Below, piece after piece: positions 9,177 to 17,181 of a stretch of 24,570 bases of DNA (its first letter is position 1; every line of letters starts with the position of its first letter). A model generated the notes under the pieces. That model worked only from the letters and a program-made list of their open reading frames with translations. It was not told the origin of the DNA and ran no database searches. Made by a program: the position numbers and the translations under genes. The DNA is from Candidatus Latescibacterota bacterium (lineage in GTDB: Bacteria > Latescibacterota > UBA2968 > UBA8231), in the NCBI GenBank assembly GCA_965205655.1, contig CBDBIJ010000094.1, forward strand, positions 1 to 24,570, given 5' to 3'.

Positions 9177-10019
9177 ATGAATGAGCGAAGTGCCTACTAT
9201 ACGGCGGAAGAAATCAGCAAACGCCTCTCCATCTCCACCCTGGTGTTCCAGGGTTATCGCCCCTTTGGAGAGGAAGCCCTGGGGGAGCTCGTCCGGGAAG
9301 GTATCAGGCGCATCGAACTCGTGGAGAGCCCGGACCAGTACGAGCTGAGCGATATCCGATCGATGCGGCTCGTCGACTCCACCTGCCGCAAGAGTGGCGT
9401 CGAGGTGGTCGCCTATCACGCCTACAAGACCACCTTCGACGGAGTGGACACCGAGTCCGGGCGCCAGGAGCGGGTGGATGTGTGCCGGCGGCAGATCGAT
9501 ACCCTACTCGAATTGGGTGGTTCATTCTGGTGCTGCCACGCCCGGGCGGAGGAGATCGTGGAGAAGAGTTACGGGGAGCTGGCGCGACACGTCGAGGGGA
9601 CCGCCGCCGTGATTGCTGTGGAGAACTTCAACAGGGAAGGGGTGAAGGTCGAGGATCGCGTGAGGTTTCTCGATGGTCTGGATCATCCCCAGGTGGGCAT
9701 GATTCTGGACGTAGCCCACGAGTTCGATGCCAAAGGCACGAATCCCATGACCGTAGCCGGCGAGGCGAGGGCGATCATCAACCGCTGTGGACGCCACCTC
9801 CGCCACATCCATCTGCAGGGGTTCCGGGACGGCAACGGCCACCATCCGCCGTTGGTCGACGGAGATGAAATCCAGTGGCACGAAATCTTCTCAACGCTGG
9901 CCGCCATAGACTATCCAGGCGAGTTCACCTTCGAGCCCTGCGGCCTGTTGGCGAATCTGGAGACCCTGAACTATATCGGACGCGCTCCGGAACGGTTGGC
10001 GGCTCTGCAGAAAAACTGA
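9177..10019 (+). CDS. Sugar phosphate isomerase/epimerase (xylose-isomerase-like TIM barrel, AP_endonuc_2)
   Basis: IAVENF, LDVAH, HIHLQG, HHPP..G.I.W and DYPGEFTFE. GAGGAG RBS. Confidence 0.88.
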   Translation: MNERSAYYTAEEISKRLSISTLVFQGYRPFGEEALGELVREGIRRIELVESPDQYELSDIRSMRLVDSTCRKSGVEVVAYHAYKTTFDGVDTESGRQERVDVCRRQIDTLLELGGSFWCCHARAEEIVEKSYGELARHVEGTAAVIAVENFNREGVKVEDRVRFLDGLDHPQVGMILDVAHEFDAKGTNPMTVAGEARAIINRCGRHLRHIHLQGFRDGNGHHPPLVDGDEIQWHEIFSTLAAIDYPGEFTFEPCGLLANLETLNYIGRAPERLAALQKN

Positions 10020-10041
10020 GCGCGCGCGCCGGTGGCCCTAG

Positions 10042-11551
10042 CAGCCTGTGGTGAAAGTCGGTGATTTTCTTGCGGCGCGGATGAGGAGCCTCTCCTTACC
10101 TTTGAGCATCAACCTTGCAGGGGAGATGCTGTCATGGCGTTGGGAAAACGGAAGCGCGCGAGCCAAGCTCAGCTGTGGGTGGCGACGCAGCACCTGAGGG
10201 CTCCGGGACATCCTTTTTACAAGAGATTGAATGAGGTGCTGGACAAGCACGGATTCGACGAGTTTGTGGAAGAGCGGTGCACGACGTTTTACGCCGAGGG
10301 CGCCGGTCGGCCCGGCATCCCGCCCGGGGTCTATTTCCGCCTGCTCATGATCGGCTATTTCGAGGGCATCGACTCGGAGCGTGAGATCGCCTGGCGCGTC
10401 GCCGATTCGCTGTCGTTGCGGGCATTCCTCGGCTACGAGCTCGACAAGGCTACGCCCGATCATTCGACGGTGTCTCGCACGCGCCGGCTGATCGACTTCC
10501 AGACGCATCATGAGGTCTTCGAGTGGGTGTTGAAGGTGCTGGCCACATCGAACCTGCTGAAGGGGAAGACGCTGGGCGTCGACGCCACGACGCTGGATGC
10601 CAACGCCGCCATGCGCAGCATCGTGCGCCGGGACACGGGCGAAAGTTACGAGGAGTTTCTCACGAAGTTGGCCAAGGCCTCGGGCATCGAGACGCCAACG
10701 CGAGAGGATCTGGCCAGAATCGACAAGAAGCGCCCGAAGAAAGCGTCCAATAAGGACTGGGAACACCCGCACGATCCGGATGCCCGCATTACCAAGACGA
10801 AGGATCGTCGCACCCATCTGGCGCACAAGGTGGAGACGGCGGTGGACATGGACACCCAGGCGATCGTCGCCGTGAGTCTGCCGAGTGCCGATGAAGGCGA
10901 CACCGAATCGCTGCCGTGGATGCTGGTGCGAACCGAATTGAACTTGGAGGCCGTGTCGCAGGATCCCGAGGCCAGGAAGCATCTGCATCCCAAACCGTTG
11001 TCGGAAGTCGTCACCGACAAGGGGTATCACAGCAACGAGGTGCTGGTCGATCTCAAAGCCAGTGCCATTCGCAGCTACATTTCCGAACCGGATCGCGGGC
11101 GTCGAGATTGGAAGGACAAAGCGGAAGCACAACAGGCGGTGTATGCCAATCGCCGACGCATTCGCGGCAACCGCGGGCAGGCGCTGCGGCGTAAGCGCGG
11201 CGAGCTGCTCGAACGCCCGTATGCTCATCTGTTCGAAACCGGCGGTATGCGACGACTGTTTCTTCGGGGCCGACAAAACATCCTCAAACGCCTCGTCATT
11301 CACGTGTGCGGCTGCAATTTCGGCCTCCTCATGCGCACCCTCTTCGGTGCGGGCACTCCGAGGGGTATGAGGAAGGCGTTTTCCCTCATTTCGTCTCTCA
11401 TCACTCAGGTTTTCGCGCCTTGGCGCGCTTTGTCGCCGCCCGTGGTTCAACTCTCGGGCACTGCTCGATTTTCGTCGCCATTGGCGGCAACTCGCACCAC
11501 GAATCTCAGGCCACCCCAAATCTTCCCAAACGGGGCTTTAGCCACGGGCTG
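10042..11551 (+). mobile_element. IS1182-family insertion sequence, 1510 bp, flanked by a CTAG direct repeat
   Basis: IRL CAGCCTGTGGTGAAAGTC versus IRR (reverse complement) CAGCCCGTGGCTAAAGCC, 14/18 identical. CTAG at 10038-10041 and 11552-11555. Encloses one intact transposase ORF. Confidence 0.92.
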
Positions 11552-11555
11552 CTAG
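10134..11555 (+). CDS. IS1182-family DDE transposase
   Basis: DUF772-type N-terminus (GRPGIPP, SEREIA, TPDHSTVSR). Catalytic D in GVDATT, D in VTDKGY and E in LERPYA. Confidence 0.93.
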   Translation: MALGKRKRASQAQLWVATQHLRAPGHPFYKRLNEVLDKHGFDEFVEERCTTFYAEGAGRPGIPPGVYFRLLMIGYFEGIDSEREIAWRVADSLSLRAFLGYELDKATPDHSTVSRTRRLIDFQTHHEVFEWVLKVLATSNLLKGKTLGVDATTLDANAAMRSIVRRDTGESYEEFLTKLAKASGIETPTREDLARIDKKRPKKASNKDWEHPHDPDARITKTKDRRTHLAHKVETAVDMDTQAIVAVSLPSADEGDTESLPWMLVRTELNLEAVSQDPEARKHLHPKPLSEVVTDKGYHSNEVLVDLKASAIRSYISEPDRGRRDWKDKAEAQQAVYANRRRIRGNRGQALRRKRGELLERPYAHLFETGGMRRLFLRGRQNILKRLVIHVCGCNFGLLMRTLFGAGTPRGMRKAFSLISSLITQVFAPWRALSPPVVQLSGTARFSSPLAATRTTNLRPPQIFPNGALATGC

Positions 11556-11569
11556 GCATCGACCGGCCC

Positions 11570-12106
11570 CTATTGCAATTTGCGCACCTCAGCTCCGACC
11601 TGCACGGTCCCGGACCGGACGACGAAGGCGTTGATGCCCCGAAGATGCAGATCGGCACGGTCCGGCGCGTTGATGAACCGTGACGCGTCGGTACCGAAGC
11701 GCTCAGTAAACTTTCTACAACCGGTGTGGGGCTGCGCACTGACCTCAAGAGTGGCGTCATCGATCTGAAGCTGCTGTCCCGCCGGCAGATTGCCTTCACT
11801 CAGATCGAAATCCACGATGAGTTGGTCGCCCGCGAGGCCGCGCCGCTGAAGGTCACCGGCGGCCACGAGGTCGAGGAGGCGGACGTTCATGAGAGTCACC
11901 TGTGTGTTTACGGGTGCGCCCGAAGCCCTCCACCGATCTCCCTGTACCCCCCCGGTCTTGCTCAGCCGCGCTTCCTGAGGCGCTTCGCGCTCGCCCTCTG
12001 ACAGGCGCAAGAAAATAGCTATCAGCGAACCGGACTCTCTGGGCGATTTCAAGACGCGCTCGAGGCCTGCCTGAAGCTGCTCAGTCGTCACGAATGCTGC
12101 TTCCAT
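11570..12106 (-). CDS. MOSC domain-containing protein
   Basis: GVQGDRW, QVTLMN, LAGDQLIVD.DLS..NLPAG, PHTGCRKF (conserved Cys) and LRGINA.VV..G.V.VG. Confidence 0.9.
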   Translation of the reverse strand: MEAAFVTTEQLQAGLERVLKSPRESGSLIAIFLRLSEGEREAPQEARLSKTGGVQGDRWRASGAPVNTQVTLMNVRLLDLVAAGDLQRRGLAGDQLIVDFDLSEGNLPAGQQLQIDDATLEVSAQPHTGCRKFTERFGTDASRFINAPDRADLHLRGINAFVVRSGTVQVGAEVRKLQ

Positions 12107-12195
12107 CCTGAATCTCTCTCTCCTGCCAGTTGGCTTTCCGTCTGCGGCACAAGTAGGGACACTGACCTGACAATGGCAAGATCTACTTCGTTATG

Positions 12196-12232
12196 GTGTA
12201 TTACTTGACATATACGCTAATACGCTTAGATT
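12196..12232 (+). promoter_or_regulatory. Sigma70-like promoter with an overlapping YtrA-type operator
   Basis: Perfect TTGACA at 12205-12210 and TAGATT at 12227-12232 (16-bp spacer) in an AT-rich island. Inverted repeat GTGTATTA (12196-12203) / TAATACGC (12218-12225) brackets the -35 box. Confidence 0.7.
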
Positions 12233-12287
12233 AGAGATATACAGAGTAATCAGATGGCCACGACAAACCAGAAAACAGGCTGTTGAG

Positions 12288-12668
12288 ATGCTCATCTCAG
12301 TCGATGTTCACAGCGGCGTTCCGGTATTTCGCCAGGTCATGGACCAGGTGAGGTTTCAAATCGCCAGCGGTGTTCTGGCGCCTGGGGACGACCTGCCAAC
12401 CACGAGGGTATTGTCGGCCCAGCTCGGGGTCAACCCGATGACGATCAGCAAGGCCTACGGGTTTCTGGAGAAGGAAGGAGTCGCGGAGCGCAGGCCCGGC
12501 CGCCCGCTCGTCGTCGGACGCCTGCGGCAGAAGCAGCTTGAGGCGGCCAGAATCGAGCAGCTGCAGCGAGTCCTGCGGCCTGCCATTACAGCCATACGGC
12601 AATTGGACATCGAAGAAAAAGAAGCTGTGAGCCTGTTTCGCGACATGATGAAAAATCAGGAGGAGTAA
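12288..12668 (+). CDS. GntR-family transcriptional regulator, YtrA subfamily
   Basis: 126 aa with SGVPVFRQV, L.PGD.LP..R.L...LGVNPMTISKAY..LE winged HTH and a short C-terminal helix. Heads an ABC operon. Confidence 0.93.
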   Translation: MLISVDVHSGVPVFRQVMDQVRFQIASGVLAPGDDLPTTRVLSAQLGVNPMTISKAYGFLEKEGVAERRPGRPLVVGRLRQKQLEAARIEQLQRVLRPAITAIRQLDIEEKEAVSLFRDMMKNQEE

Positions 12669-12671
12669 GCC

Positions 12672-13556
12672 ATGGGGATCGCTTTCGAGGTCAAACAGCT
12701 GACCAAGCGCTACGGCGAGACGACGGCACTCGAAGATATCTCGCTGGCTATGCCGGAACACCGCGTCGTCGGTCTCATCGGGCGCAACGGCAGCGGTAAA
12801 ACGACGCTTCTTCACCATCTGCTGGGATTGCTGCTACCGACGGAGGGTTCATGCGCGACCCTCGATAAGGACGCGGCAGGGCTGGGCCCGGAGGAGCTCA
12901 GTCGGATGGGTGTCGTCTATCAGGAGAACCGGTTTCTCGAGTGGATGACGGTGCAACAGCATTTGCGCTACGTGGCGTCTTTCTACGAGCGCTGGGACAC
13001 CGATAGGCAGGATCGCCTGCTTGCCGAGCTGGAGCTCGACCGGGCGAAGAAGGTTGCCACGCTCAGTCCGGGGGATGTGCAGAAACTGGGGCTCATCCTG
13101 GCAGTGTGTCATCATCCCGAGCTGCTGCTGCTCGACGAACCAGTCAGTGCTCTCGACCCGATCGCCCGCCAACGCCTGCTGGAGTTCTTTCTCGCCCTGC
13201 TCCACGAGGACAAGTGCACGATCGTCATCTCGTCGCACATCTTGCGCGACATCGAACAGATCGTCGATTGGATCGTCTGCCTCAACGACGGCAGGATTAC
13301 CGTAAACACAAGTCTGGACGACCTCCACGAGCGGTATGAGGAGTGGATGGTAACTACCAAGGACGGGGTGTTGCCGGCGAGTTTCGACGACGAGTTTGTC
13401 TGTGAACAGCGGGGCAACAACGGGCAAGCACAGCTGTTCGTGCGCGACGCCGGTGATAAACTCAGCGGATTCAAGGAGAAGTATCGCGTCGAAGTAGAGA
13501 GTCGTCCCCTCAATCTGGAACGCATGTTTCCTTTCTTGCTCAACAGCGACCAATGA
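12672..13556 (+). CDS. ABC transporter ATP-binding protein (YtrB/DrrA-like)
   Basis: Walker A GRNGSGKTT, signature variant LSPGD, Walker B LLLLDEP and H-loop SSH. AGGAG RBS. Confidence 0.95.
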   Translation: MGIAFEVKQLTKRYGETTALEDISLAMPEHRVVGLIGRNGSGKTTLLHHLLGLLLPTEGSCATLDKDAAGLGPEELSRMGVVYQENRFLEWMTVQQHLRYVASFYERWDTDRQDRLLAELELDRAKKVATLSPGDVQKLGLILAVCHHPELLLLDEPVSALDPIARQRLLEFFLALLHEDKCTIVISSHILRDIEQIVDWIVCLNDGRITVNTSLDDLHERYEEWMVTTKDGVLPASFDDEFVCEQRGNNGQAQLFVRDAGDKLSGFKEKYRVEVESRPLNLERMFPFLLNSDQ

Positions 13557-15079
13557 ACGCATACGCCTTCACCCGCCTGTACTGGCGCTCGTCAATGATC
13601 GTGGTACTGGCAGTCATCGGAACGCCTCTGATCGGATTCCATAAAGTGTTTCTGATGGTGGAGAAGCACGTGGGATTCAAGGCGTGGTACTTCCCAGATA
13701 GCGGCAACGTGGTGCTGGTGGCCTTGCCGTTTGCCTGGGGATTCCTCGTTGGTGCGAGCATCGCGGAGGTGTTCAATGGCAGGTTTTCGTGGACTCTGCC
13801 CGGAGCACGCCGAGATTTCGGTCTGGCGACAATTTTTTGTGGTGTGGTCATATCGGTGGCGACGCCATGGGTGCATCACCTTGCAGGTGGAGAAGTAACG
13901 CCCCTGGCGGCCGCTGCTATCGCCGCTTTCTGGTATGCGCTGTCCGTGCACGCTCAAGTCAGCACCGGCCGCGGTCTCGTGAAGTCGCGCCTCGGTCTGA
14001 TTGGCGGCCGACTGGTGGTGGCTAACGCGGTTGCATCATTGGGAGTGCGACATCCCTGGCTGGTCAGTGGTTTGGCCCTCGCGGCTGCCGCAGCCGCCTC
14101 ATATCGCGTCTTCGGGTTGAACAATCTCAGAGATCTCAAGGAAGGCCCCCGGCGGTCCTTGATCAGTGGTTTCACGATGTATACGGACGCAAGCCATCGG
14201 GGGGAGTTGCTGGCGCACGCAAAACCGACCAGGGCGGATTGGAGGCGCGGCTATCTGGGTAGTAGTCTGTTGAGCTGGGTGAAGGCGTTCGAACATGAGC
14301 AGACCGGAGACTACTTCGCGGGAGCGCATCGACTGGGCGCATACAAGCGACCACTGTTTTTCGTTGCGGGGGCGGTTGCTGTGCCTGCCGTCTTCGGCAT
14401 CAATCGCGAAATGTTCGACCAGGCAACAATGATGAAGGGTTTAACGACGTGGGTACGGGAATTGTACGAGTTTTTCGTTCTCGTGGACGCCGATTCGGGT
14501 GAGCCGATACGTGCAAATATTGTATGGAAGATAACGAGTGTATGTGTCGCGGCATGGGCCTTCGAGTGCGCCATGCCAACAAACAAAGACCGCCTCGCGG
14601 ATCTGCGTCCGAAGTTTCTGTATCCGCTGTCCCGGCGGCTGCAAGGGCAAATCAACTTCTGGTTTTCTGCCTTTGCCAACGCACGATATGTCGGCGTGAC
14701 CTTGGCGGTGTTCTACACGGCAGCGGTCCTGTGCTCGATGACTGTGCACGAAGCACCGGATTGGTCGGCAGTTCCGTCGATCGTGTTCCCGCTGGCATTG
14801 ACCTTTCTGACAACACCTGCTGTGCAGGCAATCGGCACATGCTACATGCCAAGACTGATGGCTTTTCGCAGCGTCACCCTTCAGAAAATCAGCATCACGG
14901 TACCTCTCCTCGGCGCCGCGGGGTTGATCGGCTTCGGAAGTGCACACTGGGCGGCTCTATCGTCACATTTTTCGCAGGTTGGCCAGGTGGTGGCGGTGGT
15001 AGCCGCGGCTGTGGTCATTCATATCGCCCTCAACCGGCGATTGCAGCGCCATTTCGCCGAGGCCGACCTCACCTACTAG
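13553..15079 (+). CDS. Multi-pass membrane protein, probable ABC permease of the Ytr-type operon
   Basis: ATGA overlap with the ATPase gene. Two clusters of hydrophobic segments are separated by a polar linker. I recognise no family motif. Confidence 0.75.
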   Translation: MNAYAFTRLYWRSSMIVVLAVIGTPLIGFHKVFLMVEKHVGFKAWYFPDSGNVVLVALPFAWGFLVGASIAEVFNGRFSWTLPGARRDFGLATIFCGVVISVATPWVHHLAGGEVTPLAAAAIAAFWYALSVHAQVSTGRGLVKSRLGLIGGRLVVANAVASLGVRHPWLVSGLALAAAAAASYRVFGLNNLRDLKEGPRRSLISGFTMYTDASHRGELLAHAKPTRADWRRGYLGSSLLSWVKAFEHEQTGDYFAGAHRLGAYKRPLFFVAGAVAVPAVFGINREMFDQATMMKGLTTWVRELYEFFVLVDADSGEPIRANIVWKITSVCVAAWAFECAMPTNKDRLADLRPKFLYPLSRRLQGQINFWFSAFANARYVGVTLAVFYTAAVLCSMTVHEAPDWSAVPSIVFPLALTFLTTPAVQAIGTCYMPRLMAFRSVTLQKISITVPLLGAAGLIGFGSAHWAALSSHFSQVGQVVAVVAAAVVIHIALNRRLQRHFAEADLTY

Positions 15080-15163
15080 CGGTAGAGTCTTCTCCCGCCA
15101 AAATCGAAGTGCGCGTCGCTCGGAATCTTCATGAGGATAAACGGTGCCCTGCTCGTGGAGTTG

Positions 15164-15172
15164 TGCTATAAT
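15164..15172 (+). promoter_or_regulatory. Extended -10 promoter element
   Basis: TGcTATAAT, a perfect TGnTATAAT, 39 bp upstream of ATG 15212 in an intergenic position. Confidence 0.65.
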
Positions 15173-15211
15173 AGTGACGATTCACACGACGAAGCGAGTG
15201 AGGTGAAACCG

Positions 15212-16150
15212 ATGCACGTTGGAACTCGAGCCTCGACCGATGTAGAAGCAACCGTCGACCGCTGTAGGGAACTCGGCGTCGACCGAGTCTTTCTCGGTTC
15301 GTTTCCAGGATATGAGGAGAACGGGTATCCGGATCCGGGCAGCCTCAGAGACGTGAAGGAGAGGCTGGAGGAGAACGGCCTGGAAGTTCCCAGCGCCATT
15401 TACTGGTTTGCGAAGTGGCCTCCGCGGCCCTGGCGCAGTGAGCGATCATCGAATCCGGACGTCTTGCTGAATCGAGAGCGTCGTTGCATCGATGCGATGC
15501 TGCGAACGATCGAAATATTCGGAGAGATTGGCCTCACGTCGGTGTTGTACTACGTCAACATCGGCAAACCGACGGATCCTGCGAAAGAGGAAGAATGCTG
15601 GGAGCGTCTCATCGACGTTTACCGTGAGCTGATCTCTGTAGCGGAAGCGAGCGGGATCGGCATCGGGACTCACAGCCTCCACCGGCTCCTACCGGATGGC
15701 GTACGCGAATGGGCCGTCGCGGAGGGTGTGCGCCTCGAAGATTTCGGTGATTTCAGGGCGGACGCGTGGGGCGGACCGTTCCTGCTCGGCACTCACGTGG
15801 AGCTGCGCAGGCTAGTCAACGAGGTGCCCAGTTCATCCAACGGCGTGACCTTGTGTACGGGGATGGATATCGCCGGTGGAGATGTGCCATCGCTGGTCAG
15901 GGAGTTTGGGGGCAAGATCCATTTTTGCCAGCTGCGAAATCACACTGAGCGATGGCCTGCCGGGCAGGAACTCGCTCTCGACGAAGGACGCCTCGACATA
16001 CCGCTCATCCTCGCTGCCTTGAAGGAGGTTGGCTACCAGGGCATGCTCTACCCGGAACATCTGGGAAAACGGAGTTACCCTGGTGAAGACTTGGCGGCCA
16101 AGGCAGTTGCCTATGTCAAATCCGAGTTGGCTTCACTGGAGAAGGTGTAG
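15212..16150 (+). CDS. TIM-barrel protein, mannonate-dehydratase (UxuA)-like / sugar isomerase superfamily
   Basis: WERLIDVYRELI.VAE, VPSSSNGVTLCTG, KIHFCQLRN, LDEG.LDI..IL.ALKEVGY.G...PEH. ATG 15212 follows GAGGTG. Confidence 0.8.
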   Translation: MHVGTRASTDVEATVDRCRELGVDRVFLGSFPGYEENGYPDPGSLRDVKERLEENGLEVPSAIYWFAKWPPRPWRSERSSNPDVLLNRERRCIDAMLRTIEIFGEIGLTSVLYYVNIGKPTDPAKEEECWERLIDVYRELISVAEASGIGIGTHSLHRLLPDGVREWAVAEGVRLEDFGDFRADAWGGPFLLGTHVELRRLVNEVPSSSNGVTLCTGMDIAGGDVPSLVREFGGKIHFCQLRNHTERWPAGQELALDEGRLDIPLILAALKEVGYQGMLYPEHLGKRSYPGEDLAAKAVAYVKSELASLEKV

Positions 16151-16153
16151 CAC

Positions 16154-17005
16154 CTACGGTTCGACCCAGTGGCGATACAGCGGCTGCACATCGGCTGGCA
16201 GGCCCTCGTAGACCTCGCGCTTGATGAGGGCCTCCCTCCGCATGCTCTTGCCAAGGGCGTCAATCCAATACTTCCGTTCCAGTGATCCATCCCTGCAAAC
16301 CCCCATATTGAACCACCACGGGATCCAGCGCATGATGAGGCAAGACCGCCGTGCGCCGGAACGGTTGGGCATGACGCTGTGCCTGGTGCGGGCGTCGAGC
16401 ATGAGCATACTACCGGCCTCGCCTGTTGCCTGCAACTCGGTGGGGTAGCGCGCGAAATTGTTCAGGTCGACGCCGCTCCCGGAGAATCTTCCGTATCGGT
16501 GGCTACCCGGCACCACAGCGGTCGCGCCATTCTCTTCAGTGAAGGGGGTCAGCATCCACAATGTGTTGATGAGGACGGGAACCTCAGGGAAGCCGGTAAA
16601 AAGTTTGCCGGAGTAGTCTTCGCTCTGATTGTAGGGCCAGTCGCAATGCAACCCACGCCGCTTGGTGCCGATACCGACTGCCACACCGCAGTCCTGGGCC
16701 AGATAATGCTGACCTAAGAGCTCCTCCAGCGCGCCTGCCAGTTGCGGCTCGTTCAGGTAGGGGACGAACGACTGGTCGTGGTTGAGGAGACCTCGTGGAC
16801 GCGCCTCTTTGCCGTTTTCGATGAAGTCGGGATCGGTCCATTGACCGGACTCCTCGCCATCCTCGGGGAAGCGCTCGGGCTGCAGCCTCTTCGTAGTGCG
16901 CTCGACGCTCTCGAGCACGTGCCGCACCTCGTCTTTCGGGATGACGTCCGGAATGACGCAAAACCCGTCGATGTGCATGTGCATGACAATCTCGGCAACG
17001 TCCAT
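16154..17005 (-). CDS. PhyH-family Fe(II)/2-oxoglutarate dioxygenase
   Basis: DGFCVIPDVI, GLHCDWPY (HxD), WMLTPFT.ENGAT.VVPGSH and RHSVMPN....R. GGAGAG RBS. Confidence 0.9.
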   Translation of the reverse strand: MDVAEIVMHMHIDGFCVIPDVIPKDEVRHVLESVERTTKRLQPERFPEDGEESGQWTDPDFIENGKEARPRGLLNHDQSFVPYLNEPQLAGALEELLGQHYLAQDCGVAVGIGTKRRGLHCDWPYNQSEDYSGKLFTGFPEVPVLINTLWMLTPFTEENGATAVVPGSHRYGRFSGSGVDLNNFARYPTELQATGEAGSMLMLDARTRHSVMPNRSGARRSCLIMRWIPWWFNMGVCRDGSLERKYWIDALGKSMRREALIKREVYEGLPADVQPLYRHWVEP

Positions 17006-17055
17006 CGGCTCTCCCTACTCTCCTGAGCAACCAAAGAGCTGCTGCGTGCCAGACG

Positions 17056-17085
17056 GATTTAGCGTTTTTGCCTCCCCGTAGTCAA
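17056..17085 (-). promoter_or_regulatory. Possible sigma70 promoter for the PhyH gene at 16154-17005
   Basis: Minus-strand TTGACT (17085-17080), 18-bp spacer, TAAATC (17061-17056). Confidence 0.3.
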
Positions 17086-17181
17086 GAATCAGGTCCTGGT
17101 CGCCTCGCGGGTCCACGTTGGTGTCGATCTCCAGTAAGCCTACCTTTCGTGCTTCACGCCGAAAGCCTCAAAGGAGCCGCC

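Noticed and set aside
10038..11519. 493-aa antisense ORF over the IS1182 transposase as a real gene
   Set aside because: No recognisable motifs or RBS, and long antisense frames are common opposite GC-rich genes. Kept only as a side note in a finding.
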